DNA of 64,000 nucleotides, taken from the NCBI GenBank assembly GCA_003602475.1, contig QQSC01000043.1, positions 20,984-84,983 on the forward strand, given 5' to 3'. Shown piece after piece: positions 1-9,451 of this stretch. Under the pieces are notes generated by a model. It searched no databases, was not told the DNA's origin, and worked only from the letters and a program-made list of their open reading frames with translations. A program made the translations under genes and the position numbers. Source of the stretch: Candidatus Poseidoniales archaeon. Its GTDB lineage: Archaea > Thermoplasmatota > Poseidoniia > Poseidoniales > Poseidoniaceae. Position 1 is the first letter of the stretch. Each line of letters opens with the position of its first letter.

Positions 1-1
1 T

Positions 2-1468
2 CGCCTTGCCCACGTTGGTGACGCAACGGGTCTCGAGATCATTCGGACACTGCAAGAACGTGGCATTCACGAAGGCATCGACATTTTCATGGAATACACC
101 GTTCGACACCTCCTCAAGGAGGGTGACAGGGTGACTGGCTGTGTCGCATACACACGGGTTGACGGCGACTTCCATGCGTTCTCAGCCAAGTCCGTTGTGC
201 TTGCTACCGGCGGCATCACCCGGTGCTGGTCCGTTTGTTCCGGTTCATGGGAATACACCGGAGACGGTCATGCTCTCGCTCTTTGGGCTGGGGCTGAACT
301 CCGGGACATGGAGTTCGTCCAATTCCACCCCACCGGCATGGTCTGGCCCCCATCCGTTCGAGGCATCCTCGTCACCGAAGGTGTTCGCGGCGAAGGTGGA
401 CGTCTAACCAACAGCGAAGGAAGCAGGTTCATGTTTGACTACGTTCCTGAGATGTTCGCTGGCGATCATGCTGCGACCATCGAAGAAGCCGACCAATGGG
501 TTGAGGAAGTGGTGGCGGGTAAACTCGCTACCGTTCGCCGACCTCCAGAGTTGTTAACCCGTGACGTGGTGGCCAAAGCCATCAACGAAGAGGTCAAGGC
601 CGGCCGAGGCTCACCCCACGGCGGTGCTTTCCTCAACATCGCCCACCGTGGAGAAGAAGCCATTTTGAAGAAATTGCCCTCCATGCATCACCAGTTCAAG
701 GAACTCGCTGGAGTGGACATCTCCAAAGAACCCATGGAAGTCGGACCGACTGCTCACTACGTCATGGGTGGCGTTCGAGTCAATGCAGAAACTCAAGAAA
801 GCACGGTCCCAGGACTGTTTGCCTGTGGTGAAGTCGCTTCGGGTCTGCACGGCGCCAATCGGCTGGGTGGCAACTCGTTGTCCGACCTCATCGTGTTCGG
901 AAAGCGGGCTGGTGAGCACTCGGCAAAACGAGCTATGGACCTCGCTCAACCCGCCATTGATGACGGTCAAGTCCAACGCGCCATAAGCGAAATGTTGGCT
1001 CCCCTCCAGAGGGAAGGTGAAAACCCCGGTGGCATCTACGACGAAATGCGCGACATGATGCAAGACAAGGTTGGCATCATTCGCACCAAGGGCGAACTGG
1101 TTGAGGCCATTGAAGACATCAAGGCGTTCAAACAACGGGCCTTGACCTGCTCATCAGGCACCTCCAGAAAGTACAATTCAGGATGGCACCAAGCACTTGA
1201 CCTCATCAACATGGCCGACGTGTCGATGGCTGCAGCATTGGCGGCCATCACCCGTGAGGAGAGCCGAGGAGGTCACACACGCGACGACTTCCCAACACCT
1301 GAAGACGACTACTGGGGCAAAACCTTGAACATCGTTTGGATGGAGAACGGAGAGGTCAAAATCAGGCAAGAGCCCGTGGTGGAAATGCGTGCTGATTTGA
1401 AAGAAGCCTTGACCGAAGTCAAGACCATGATCAAGGATCGTGCATCCAAAGCAAAAGGTGATCAATGA
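2..1468 (+). CDS. sdhA: Succinate dehydrogenase/fumarate reductase flavoprotein subunit (5' end outside window)
   Basis: The frame is open from base 2 (RLAHVGDATGLEIIRTLQE... precedes the listed Met at 89). Motifs FVQFHPTG, LVTEGVRGEGG, AHYVMGGV and GLHGANRLGGNSL are typical of SdhA/FrdA. A 4-nt ATGA overlap joins it to the downstream Fe-S subunit gene. Confidence 0.92.
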   Translation, partial: RLAHVGDATGLEIIRTLQERGIHEGIDIFMEYTVRHLLKEGDRVTGCVAYTRVDGDFHAFSAKSVVLATGGITRCWSVCSGSWEYTGDGHALALWAGAELRDMEFVQFHPTGMVWPPSVRGILVTEGVRGEGGRLTNSEGSRFMFDYVPEMFAGDHAATIEEADQWVEEVVAGKLATVRRPPELLTRDVVAKAINEEVKAGRGSPHGGAFLNIAHRGEEAILKKLPSMHHQFKELAGVDISKEPMEVGPTAHYVMGGVRVNAETQESTVPGLFACGEVASGLHGANRLGGNSLSDLIVFGKRAGEHSAKRAMDLAQPAIDDGQVQRAISEMLAPLQREGENPGGIYDEMRDMMQDKVGIIRTKGELVEAIEDIKAFKQRALTCSSGTSRKYNSGWHQALDLINMADVSMAAALAAITREESRGGHTRDDFPTPEDDYWGKTLNIVWMENGEVKIRQEPVVEMRADLKEALTEVKTMIKDRASKAKGDQ

Positions 1469-2235
1469 TGTCGTTGAAAGGAAAGAACCAATCGTTCAAA
1501 ATTCTCCGTGGGGAAGGCGAATCCTCCACGCTAACCGACTACAATCTTGAACTTGACGAAGGCATGGTGGTCCTCGACTGCTTGCATCGAATACAGCACG
1601 AACAGGAACCCGACATGGCCGTCCGTTGGAATTGCAAGGCTGGAAAATGCGGTTCGTGCTCGGCAGAAATCAACGGCCGTCCACGCTTAATGTGCATGAC
1701 CAGAATGTCGGATGTTGTGGCTGAAACGCCGCCCGGCCAGCCCATCGAGATTCGACCGATGAAAACCTTCCCGCACGTGAAGGACCTTGTCACCGATGTC
1801 AGTTGGAACTATGAAGTGGCCCAACGAATCAAACCGATCAACGGTCCTGAAGAAATGAACTGGGAGTACAACCAGATGGAAGCTGACCGAGTGCAACACT
1901 TCCGTGAATGCATCGAGTGCTTCCTTTGCGTCAACACCTGCCACGTCCTACGAGACCACGAAATGTTTGACGATTTCGCCGGACCTCGAAACCTCGTACG
2001 ATTGGCTCAATACGAAATGCATCCTTTGGACACCGAAGACCGTGTGCCTGAAATCAAGAAGGAATTCGGCATCGAATACTGCAACATCACCCGATGTTGC
2101 ACCGAAGTATGCCCGGCTGGCATCCAAATCACCGACGACGCCATCATTCAACTGAAGGAGCGTGTGGTGGACCGGTACTACGACCCTCTTCAGCGGATTT
2201 GGCGCACCCTCACCGGCAAGAAAGTCCGATACTGA
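1465..2235 (+). CDS. sdhB: Succinate dehydrogenase/fumarate reductase iron-sulfur subunit
   Basis: Three Cys clusters are present: CKAGKCGSCSAEINGRPRLMC (2Fe-2S), CIECFLCVNTC and CNITRCCTEVCP (4Fe-4S/3Fe-4S). The gene is translationally coupled to sdhA. Confidence 0.9.
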   Translation: MMSLKGKNQSFKILRGEGESSTLTDYNLELDEGMVVLDCLHRIQHEQEPDMAVRWNCKAGKCGSCSAEINGRPRLMCMTRMSDVVAETPPGQPIEIRPMKTFPHVKDLVTDVSWNYEVAQRIKPINGPEEMNWEYNQMEADRVQHFRECIECFLCVNTCHVLRDHEMFDDFAGPRNLVRLAQYEMHPLDTEDRVPEIKKEFGIEYCNITRCCTEVCPAGIQITDDAIIQLKERVVDRYYDPLQRIWRTLTGKKVRY

Positions 2236-2242
2236 ACCCGGT

Positions 2243-3124
2243 TCAGCGGGCTGCAAGCCATTCACCGACGTAGGCCTCGGCGTTTGCATCCGAACTCAAC
2301 GTTGGATGGGCTATGGGCCGGACGACCACAAGCATGTCGAGTTGCCCGCCCCACTTTGCCTTCGCTGCGACCACCACCTCCCCTACTTTGGTGCCTTCTG
2401 CATCAACGCCAAAAGCGGTTGAACGAACATCGTAGCGTCGCAACTCTACGGTTTCTTCGCCATCAGCACTCCAACGCACTTCCGTGGAGGATGGAGCGGC
2501 AACCGGAATCAGAAGCGTTTCATCGGGAGAAAGACGAACAAAAGGAACCTCTTCGTCAAGCAGGGCAATGGCTTGCTGCATCCTGTCAACTTCCATCCCG
2601 AACGTGGAGGAGAGCCAAAGCGCTGTGCCTTCCGCTCCAAGGGCTCCTGGCTGATGAGGTAGACGCATGCTGATCGACTGAAGAATCACAGCATCCAACG
2701 TCACCCAAGTGTACTGTTCACTCGCAGGATAAACTGGAGCGTTTGGGTTTTCCATAAACAACGGCGTCCCCCAGTCTTCGGGTGCCACGGGGTCGTCAAC
2801 TGGCAACACGCCACCCGCAGAAAAACAAATGACGGCTACAGCAAGAGTTAGCAGACGCGGTGCTCGCTCTTCCTTCCAATCCATTCGTGCGGCTGGGCTA
2901 GCAAGAGACAATCCCAACAGAGCAGGTATCACCAAAAACGCGCCGGAAGGTACAACCCAAATCAACAGAGAAAAAGCCCCAAACGAGAACAAACCCGCTT
3001 GACCCAAAGGAGAGAAGAGCGTTGATTCACCGCTCTCAGCGGGGGTTCTCCGATTCCACCACCACAAGGCAATTGCGCCCCCCACAAGGGGAAGCAGAGA
3101 TTGAAGCACACCTTGCCACACCAT
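2243..3124 (-). CDS. Hypothetical integral membrane protein
   Basis: A 293-aa ORF with an ATG start and several hydrophobic segments in the N-terminal half (LLPLVGGAIALWWW, GLFSFGAFSLLIWVV, LVIPALLGLSL, LLTLAVAVICF). No recognisable family motif. Confidence 0.5.
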   Translation of the reverse strand: MVWQGVLQSLLPLVGGAIALWWWNRRTPAESGESTLFSPLGQAGLFSFGAFSLLIWVVPSGAFLVIPALLGLSLASPAARMDWKEERAPRLLTLAVAVICFSAGGVLPVDDPVAPEDWGTPLFMENPNAPVYPASEQYTWVTLDAVILQSISMRLPHQPGALGAEGTALWLSSTFGMEVDRMQQAIALLDEEVPFVRLSPDETLLIPVAAPSSTEVRWSADGEETVELRRYDVRSTAFGVDAEGTKVGEVVVAAKAKWGGQLDMLVVVRPIAHPTLSSDANAEAYVGEWLAAR

Positions 3125-3209
3125 GACCGTTCGTGAAATCCGATGAACTCCAACAAGAACGTTCGGGTGTGGCCCAAGGTTGATGCAAGGGTTTCATCCA
3201 TGACCCTTC

Positions 3210-4235
3210 ATGGCGAAGGTGGTCTTGGCGTTGCAGAAGGTGCAACATCGTCACCGCATCGCATCGCCGAGATGGTCCAAACCTTGGGCTGCAAGGTTGG
3301 GCCCCGGCATTGTTGATGTGAACCTGAACCTCCATGAAGGGGCTGTCTTGGGCCTTGTTGGCCCCAACGGAGCAGGAAAGACCACCCTCTTACGACTCAT
3401 GGCTGGTTTGCTGCCGATTCAAGAAGGGAAGGCCATGGCACGGTTCGAGAGCGATGAACTCAAACCCGTAAGGGACCTTCGGCCGTGGGTTGGTCACATG
3501 CCGGAGCAAGTCAGGTGGCAAGGGAGGCAAACGGTTGAAGACGCCCTCATGGAACTTGCCGACATGCGGAATGTTGGGGAAAAACGTGTCCGCAACTTGC
3601 TCAAACTCGTTGGATTGGCGCAACGCCAGGATGACCCGCTCAACAACCTCAGTCAGGGGATGCGTCAACGGTTGTCCATTGCTGCCGCTCTGTTGGGTTC
3701 CCCAAAAGTGCTGTTGCTTGATGAGCCTTACAACGGCTTGGACCCCGTGGCTTCACGTGCCTTTACCGAACTGATTCGCCGACTCGCTTCCAAAGGCGTG
3801 AGCGTCGTGATTTCATCCCACATGGTCAGTCAACTCAGCGGGCTGATCGACCGAGTAGCCCTCTTGCATCAAGGACAGTTGCTCGACGAAGGTCGCATGA
3901 AGGACGTTGAGAAACGGTTGGGCCTGGAAGGACGTCACCGCGTAAGCGGTGATGGACGGTTTGAGCCAAACGAATTGGAAGAGTTGAACGTTGAACGACT
4001 TGGCCTTGAACAGCGAGAAAACGATTGGACATTCACCTTCCGAGGTGATGCCCCACGTGTGCTGGAAACTCTGGTGCAAAACGGCAACGTGATTGAACGA
4101 TGGGGACCTGTTGAACCGGACTTGGTGGAATGGCTTTGTGCTTCGACCGGATTGGAACCTGAGGACATCACGTTGGAAGTTCGAGGGCCATCCATGGTGC
4201 CGTACGCTGCTGTGGGGGTGGCTGAAGATGAGTGA
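3210..4235 (+). CDS. ABC transporter ATP-binding protein with C-terminal extension
   Basis: Walker A GPNGAGKTT, ABC signature LSQGMRQR and Walker B VLLLDEPYNGLD. The stop overlaps the start of the downstream permease. Confidence 0.88.
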   Translation: MAKVVLALQKVQHRHRIASPRWSKPWAARLGPGIVDVNLNLHEGAVLGLVGPNGAGKTTLLRLMAGLLPIQEGKAMARFESDELKPVRDLRPWVGHMPEQVRWQGRQTVEDALMELADMRNVGEKRVRNLLKLVGLAQRQDDPLNNLSQGMRQRLSIAAALLGSPKVLLLDEPYNGLDPVASRAFTELIRRLASKGVSVVISSHMVSQLSGLIDRVALLHQGQLLDEGRMKDVEKRLGLEGRHRVSGDGRFEPNELEELNVERLGLEQRENDWTFTFRGDAPRVLETLVQNGNVIERWGPVEPDLVEWLCASTGLEPEDITLEVRGPSMVPYAAVGVAEDE

Positions 4236-5058
4236 ACTTCAACGGGTCTTGCGGATGGCTGCTCGAATTCGTAGAGAACGACTTGGCAGCATTCGACTGA
4301 AGATCATGTGGCCCATTCTTCTGCTCTTCCTTCCCGGAATGGCGTGGGGTTTCTCAGACCCCAACATTGTGTTGCCAGGAGGTCACCAACCCGATACTTC
4401 GATGGAGGTGCTCTTTTATGCGTCTCTTGGCGTTGTTTTTGGGGCAACGATGTGCGGCGTTTTGCTCTCCTTTGACGGCATCAGCAAGGACCGAGCGAGC
4501 GGGATGTTGGAAATCCGCCTGTCTCAACCCATGCCGCGGGTGCACCAAGCCAATGCACTGGTTCTTGGATACTGGCAGACCGTTATTTTGCCCGTCTTGG
4601 TTCTCCTGCTGGCCTGCTTGCTGGTGGTTGGCTATCGAATGAATGAGTGGACCAGTGTGACCCAAACCGTTGTTTACCTGGCGTCAACGGCGTTGATTCT
4701 TCTCTGGTATGTCCTGTTTGCCCTCTTGGCCTCAACCGCTGCAAAAGAGCAGGGAACGGCGATTGCCTTTGGTGTTGGGGTTTGGTTCTTCTTCACGTTC
4801 CTCTGGGCGTTGGTCACCACGATGGTGGCGTACGCCTCGGGGGTAGCCATCGGTGAGACCAACAATCCGGCATGGATTGCGTTGGAGGGTCGACTGGATC
4901 TTCTTTCCCCAAACGGCGTGTACCATCACTTGTTGGAGACACAATTGCCCACGGTGGATCGTGGCGTTCCTGTCTGGCAGGTGTGGGGTGCTGCTCTGCT
5001 TTGGACCGTGTTGCCTTGGTGGGCGTTGCAGCGCCGAATGAAATCCCTCGTGCCTTGA
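4228..5058 (+). CDS. ABC-2-type transporter permease
   Basis: The internal ATG at 4228 overlaps the ATPase stop. About 6 hydrophobic helices are present. DRASGMLEIRLSQP resembles the conserved E..gT.E.l...P segment of ABC-2 permeases. The listed ORF start at 4093 lies inside the ATPase gene. Confidence 0.7.
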   Translation: MSELQRVLRMAARIRRERLGSIRLKIMWPILLLFLPGMAWGFSDPNIVLPGGHQPDTSMEVLFYASLGVVFGATMCGVLLSFDGISKDRASGMLEIRLSQPMPRVHQANALVLGYWQTVILPVLVLLLACLLVVGYRMNEWTSVTQTVVYLASTALILLWYVLFALLASTAAKEQGTAIAFGVGVWFFFTFLWALVTTMVAYASGVAIGETNNPAWIALEGRLDLLSPNGVYHHLLETQLPTVDRGVPVWQVWGAALLWTVLPWWALQRRMKSLVP

Positions 5059-5103
5059 TGAAAAAAGGCAACCCTTGATGAAGGCAAACCACCACGCCGA
5101 ACC

Positions 5104-7062
5104 ATGACATCACCAACCATGAGCGGTTTACTGACCCACACGCTCGTACTCATGCTTACTTTGAGCGCTTGGTCAGCTCTGCCACACGCCGAGCTGCTGG
5201 AACATCACGAGCCTGCCTTAACGGAGGGAAGGCAGACGTCGATGGACGTTGATTGCGAAGGGTATTCGTTCGAAGATCTCTTCGAGTACGACTTCGCATT
5301 GTTTGGTCTGAACGTGCTCGAGGACTGGGCCACTGGTGAAATGTCGGCCACTGCATGGGTCAACAACTCCAATTCCGCTATTGTTCGAGCAAATCTTGAC
5401 GGATTGTTCGAAGGCATCAGCGACAACGATTACATCAGCACCGATGAACGAGAAGCCATTCGGAGCATCGGACCTTCTTGCATAGCAGACATGGACACGC
5501 GGCTCACCATGACCGAAGGAGCGCCACACTCCGGTGAAGGGACCTTGAACGCGTTTGAATTTGTTGAAAGCGGCATCAACCTCAACGAGGTCAATCTTGT
5601 CCCACTGGACCACCCTGAAGTGCGTACTTGCCAAACATTTGGTTCCACATCTGGATGCAAAGAAGTCCCTACAACAGCCACCGACAATTTGGAAATCACG
5701 CTCGGCCTTCAGGAAGATGAAACCAACAATGTGCGCTGGGACCAACTTCCAAACAGCGGAGTTTCAAACTTCACGCTCAGCATGAACATCACCAACATGA
5801 GCAATGCCGCCCTTGTGGTGACCTTCCCCGCCTTGACGGGTCTCCGCCTGGTGGATTTCAGAATAACCGACAACAACCCAGCAAGCGGCGAAAACTGTGA
5901 TTACATCGACGCCCCAGATTTCAGTTATCTCTCCAATGGCGCCCTCCATGTCACACAACTTGTGAACTTTGATCGAACGTTGTGGGACCTTCAGTGCCAC
6001 ATGTTCATGGATTTTACAACCCAAGTACCTCTGGCCAACTCGCCCCCGGTGTGGACGCCAAATGCCCCTGACAATGGAACAGTGATTGGGACGGGAGGAC
6101 CGGGAACCACGATGTTCAGCACTGGATTGGAATCCGGTGCGTGGGCAACAGACGATGATGCATGGCGTTTGTCCTGCGATTTTGACGAAGATGGATGGAC
6201 CGTGACAACCAACGTCCTGGGCGACCTTTTCGTGAATCAACCAACGGGTCAGGCCTCATCGATGGCAACGTGTCATTTGGTGGATCCACTTGGAGCCAAC
6301 GACACAAACGACACGCGGACGTGGTCGTTCGGAACGGTCATTACCGGCACAGCAAGCATAGGACAAAACGCGCAAAGCGTCACGGTGCTGCTCAACAACA
6401 CCGGCCTTGTAGAATCAGCTGTTGTGCAACTCAGAACCGTCCAAGACGGCCTCCAAGGTTCAGTTTCGGAAAACACGACCCTGATGACTGGCACTGAATT
6501 GGAAGTAACGATGACGATGAACGGGCTCCGCCCGGGTACTTTCAACATTGAAGGAACCGTTCACGCTGCCAACATGTTGCCGTTCTCGTTTGCTCTGCCT
6601 TCGGATTTGATCAAGCCGAACAGTCCACCAATCGTCAACGTTCAAGTCAATTTCTTTGGTGAAAACGCCACGTGGAGCGACAACCTCCAACGGTTTACCG
6701 TCACAGGGACCGTTTCAGATCCAGACCTGGAAGGTGTTTCGATGCGACTGTCGTTGTGCGGTGCTGAGTACACGGATTTCACGATTGAAAACATCAATTG
6801 GGCGATTGAAGTATCCACCGCAATTTGCTTGGCCTACAGCTTGGAAGTCAACGAAGTGCTTCTGACCGTGACCGATGATTCGGGTGCTTCAACACAACTG
6901 CAAGTTGGCATTGAACGCCCCGATGCCACTCAGGATGATTCCGACATCGGCAATCCCGAACCCTCCATGGACAGCGACAGTGCGTTACCGTCGCTCTCGT
7001 TCATGGCCACGCTAAGCATGCTTGGAGCAGCGATGTTCCTCCGTCGGCAAGACCGAGATTAA
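5104..7062 (+). CDS. Secreted/cell-surface protein with N-terminal signal peptide and C-terminal hydrophobic anchor
   Basis: N-terminus MTSPTMSGLLTHTLVLMLTLSAWSALPHA looks like a signal peptide. The C-terminus ...LPSLSFMATLSMLGAAMFLRRQDRD is a hydrophobic helix followed by basic residues. The body is acidic and N/T/S-rich. No enzyme motif seen. Confidence 0.6.
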   Translation: MTSPTMSGLLTHTLVLMLTLSAWSALPHAELLEHHEPALTEGRQTSMDVDCEGYSFEDLFEYDFALFGLNVLEDWATGEMSATAWVNNSNSAIVRANLDGLFEGISDNDYISTDEREAIRSIGPSCIADMDTRLTMTEGAPHSGEGTLNAFEFVESGINLNEVNLVPLDHPEVRTCQTFGSTSGCKEVPTTATDNLEITLGLQEDETNNVRWDQLPNSGVSNFTLSMNITNMSNAALVVTFPALTGLRLVDFRITDNNPASGENCDYIDAPDFSYLSNGALHVTQLVNFDRTLWDLQCHMFMDFTTQVPLANSPPVWTPNAPDNGTVIGTGGPGTTMFSTGLESGAWATDDDAWRLSCDFDEDGWTVTTNVLGDLFVNQPTGQASSMATCHLVDPLGANDTNDTRTWSFGTVITGTASIGQNAQSVTVLLNNTGLVESAVVQLRTVQDGLQGSVSENTTLMTGTELEVTMTMNGLRPGTFNIEGTVHAANMLPFSFALPSDLIKPNSPPIVNVQVNFFGENATWSDNLQRFTVTGTVSDPDLEGVSMRLSLCGAEYTDFTIENINWAIEVSTAICLAYSLEVNEVLLTVTDDSGASTQLQVGIERPDATQDDSDIGNPEPSMDSDSALPSLSFMATLSMLGAAMFLRRQDRD

Positions 7063-7102
7063 ACCGACACAACCAAAAGGAAAGGGCGGCGCGTGGGAAT
7101 CC

Positions 7103-8401
7103 ATGTTCACGGGTACCGTACAGTCCAAGTCACACGAAGGTGGCTTGCTCGTCACCTTTGATGGTTCATCCCCTTCACTCAACGCAATTGTGGTTCTGGC
7201 CAACGATGGTACGTACATCGGGAAGGTGGATGGAGTCATCGGCTCGACCAATCAGCCAATGGCACACGTCGCTCACATTGATCGAAGCCTGAACGTTGAC
7301 GACCTTATGGGGTCCAACGTCACCATTCGCCCAAAAAAGAAGCGCGAAGAACGAACAGAACGTTCTCGTTCAGACCGTGGAGGGCGAGACGACAGGCGCA
7401 ATCGAGACAATCGAAGCGACCGATTTTCTTCCAACGACCGGCGACCTCGGAACGACCGAAGCGGTCGAGACGGCAACAACCAGAACGATTGGGATTGCCC
7501 GGAATGCGGGAACGATAATTTCGCATTCCGAAATGAATGCAACCGCTGCGAAGCGCCTCGGCCCAACGGAGGTGGAAATCGAAGTGGTCGTCAAGGTGGT
7601 CGCCAAGATGGTCGTTCCAACGGGCGTGAACGGTTCGGTGGACGCAACAACCACGGGGACAACGACTGGGATTGTGGTGAATGCGGCAACTCCAATTTCG
7701 CCTTCCGCCAAGAATGCAACATGTGCAGTGCCCCACGATCCGGCGGACGTGGCCAGTCCCGTGGTCGGCATAACGATCGCCAGCAAAGAGACAACAGAGG
7801 GTCAAACCGGCGTCATGATGACCGAGGAGGACGCAACAACAGCACGTTTACTCACAACGATTGGGATTGCGGTGAATGTGGCAATTCCAACTTCTCCTTC
7901 CGTCAAGAATGCAACCGCTGCGAAGCGCCCCGCCCTGGAGGCGGTGGTGGAGGTGGCCGTGGCGGTGGACGCTCTGAGGGACGTGGACGAGGCGGCGACC
8001 GGTCACAGCGGCGCCCACAAGGTCGATACGACGGTGGTGGCCGCGGTGGCGGGCGGTCAGAGGGACGAGATCGCGGTGGTGACCGACCGCAACGTCGCTC
8101 GCAAGGACGCTACGACGGAGGACGTGGTAACGACCGAGGACCCAGAGACCGTTCTGGCGGTTCTGACAGAGGTTCATTCGACAGAAGTCGCCCACGGCGA
8201 AACGGTGACCGAGACTCAAGCAGAGGAAATGGTGGCGACGGGGACCGCCCACGCCGGACCAACCGAGAAGGCGGTCGTGAACAGCGTCCACGCGATGACT
8301 CCTTCCGTCGTGCTCGAGGCAAGCGGCCCGGACACGCTCACAATCGCCCACCAAGAGACTTCAGGGAACCTCGTTCGTTTCAACGCAAAGACGAGGATTG
8401 A
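7103..8401 (+). CDS. Gar1-like beta-barrel protein fused to 3 RanBP2-type zinc fingers and RGG/GAR low-complexity tracts
   Basis: The ATG at 7103 is the first start after the upstream stop at 7062. The N-terminal ~80 aa match the archaeal Gar1 pattern (G.V...K.G.L.V......PSLN..V......IG.V..V.G....P). W-x-C-x2-C-x3-N-x6-C-x2-C occurs three times, at 7490-7549, 7667-7726 and 7862-7921. The remainder is R/G/D/N-rich. Confidence 0.7.
   Translation: MFTGTVQSKSHEGGLLVTFDGSSPSLNAIVVLANDGTYIGKVDGVIGSTNQPMAHVAHIDRSLNVDDLMGSNVTIRPKKKREERTERSRSDRGGRDDRRNRDNRSDRFSSNDRRPRNDRSGRDGNNQNDWDCPECGNDNFAFRNECNRCEAPRPNGGGNRSGRQGGRQDGRSNGRERFGGRNNHGDNDWDCGECGNSNFAFRQECNMCSAPRSGGRGQSRGRHNDRQQRDNRGSNRRHDDRGGRNNSTFTHNDWDCGECGNSNFSFRQECNRCEAPRPGGGGGGGRGGGRSEGRGRGGDRSQRRPQGRYDGGGRGGGRSEGRDRGGDRPQRRSQGRYDGGRGNDRGPRDRSGGSDRGSFDRSRPRRNGDRDSSRGNGGDGDRPRRTNREGGREQRPRDDSFRRARGKRPGHAHNRPPRDFREPRSFQRKDED
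7955..8122 (+). repeat. 84-bp (28-aa) tandem duplication inside the RGG tail
   Basis: GRGGGRSEGRGRGGDRSQRRPQGRYDGG is followed directly by GRGGGRSEGRDRGGDRPQRRSQGRYDGG. The DNA copies start at 7955 and 8039. Confidence 0.85.
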
Positions 8402-8416
8402 ACAGAGGCGTGAGCG

Positions 8417-9451
8417 ATGAGCGCAGAATCCCATTACCTCAACGCTCTTGAAGCGCTTGAAGAAGGGGACCGGGAACTCGCCAGAACTGAGGCGAAGGCG
8501 GCCACTTCGATCGATAACGAGCACATCGAAGCATGGTCAGTGTACGTTGATTCAAGCCTCCCACCGCAAGGCTCCCCTCCCAACATGGTCCAAGCCGGTC
8601 GTGCACTTGCCGGTATCAAGCACATCGTTGCTCTTGAACCAAGTCGAGTGGACATGTGGTTACGTGGCGGTCGAATCATGGCCGATGATTTGGGCATGCT
8701 TCACGATGCGTTGCACTGGTGGCAGGACTGTCTCAATCACAACCCAGATGATGTTACCCCGGTCGTTGAAATGGCATCGATCTTGGCTGATATGGGAGAA
8801 TACGAGATGGCCAGTCAACGGTTGCAATCCATCCTCAACGACAACATGGACGTGGGAATGACACAATTTCGAAAAATCAACAGCCTGTTGCAACTGGTTA
8901 AACAAGCTGCTACTCAGCAGCAGGAGGACATTTTTCGACCAGAGCAACGACGGCACAATGGATGGGGGGCTATTCAGCAAAAAATGAAAAAGCCACCCAT
9001 GTCTGAAAATTTCTTGTTCCTTGTGTCAACGGTTCCGTTCCTCCTTCTTGTTTTTCTTCTTGCCCCGCGAATGGCTCAGGGCGGTTGGTTCGCCTTTTGT
9101 CTGAACACCATTGTCATCTTGCTGATCGTAACGGTCGGTATGCGTAATGCCAAACGATGGTTCCAAATTGTGAACAGGCCAGCGTTCAACCTGCTTCGGG
9201 CGATGAATTTCGAGGCCTCGACGGGTTACACTGTCGTCCCGGAAGACGTCCGCACGTCTGTGCTTTACATGTACATCATGCAGCGCAAGCCGTTGGCATG
9301 GCAAGAACGGATGTTGAAAATTATTGACAAAGGGTCATCCTTGCCGAACAGTTGGCGCGCACGCTATCCCTCATTCACAACTACGGCGCTTGTGGACAAT
9401 GTTGAGGAAGACACCGCCAACGCTGACCTTCAAGCATACGAAGACGAGTGA
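8417..9451 (+). CDS. Hypothetical membrane protein with N-terminal TPR-like helical region
   Basis: The ATG lies 16 nt after the upstream stop. The N-terminal ~190 aa are helical-repeat-like (weak TPR resemblance). Two hydrophobic helices follow (FLFLVSTVPFLLLVFLLAP, WFAFCLNTIVILLIVTVG), and the C-terminus is acidic. Confidence 0.55.
   Translation: MSAESHYLNALEALEEGDRELARTEAKAATSIDNEHIEAWSVYVDSSLPPQGSPPNMVQAGRALAGIKHIVALEPSRVDMWLRGGRIMADDLGMLHDALHWWQDCLNHNPDDVTPVVEMASILADMGEYEMASQRLQSILNDNMDVGMTQFRKINSLLQLVKQAATQQQEDIFRPEQRRHNGWGAIQQKMKKPPMSENFLFLVSTVPFLLLVFLLAPRMAQGGWFAFCLNTIVILLIVTVGMRNAKRWFQIVNRPAFNLLRAMNFEASTGYTVVPEDVRTSVLYMYIMQRKPLAWQERMLKIIDKGSSLPNSWRARYPSFTTTALVDNVEEDTANADLQAYEDE

Noticed and set aside
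4093-4227. Upstream extension of the permease ORF, which is listed as starting at 4093.
   Set aside because: The extension overlaps the last 140 nt of the ABC ATPase gene. The ATG at 4228 gives a normal 8-nt coupled overlap, and the first TM helix follows shortly after it.
7296-8420. A 374-aa ORF in an alternative + frame across the RGG/zinc-finger gene, plus several minus-strand ORFs (7320-7805, 7370-7786, 7848-8354).
   Set aside because: Its translation is featureless T/A/V/E-rich sequence. That is produced by reading the G/C-rich RGG codons out of frame. The frame starting at 7103 carries three exact zinc-finger signatures and a Gar1-like domain, so the others are shadow ORFs.
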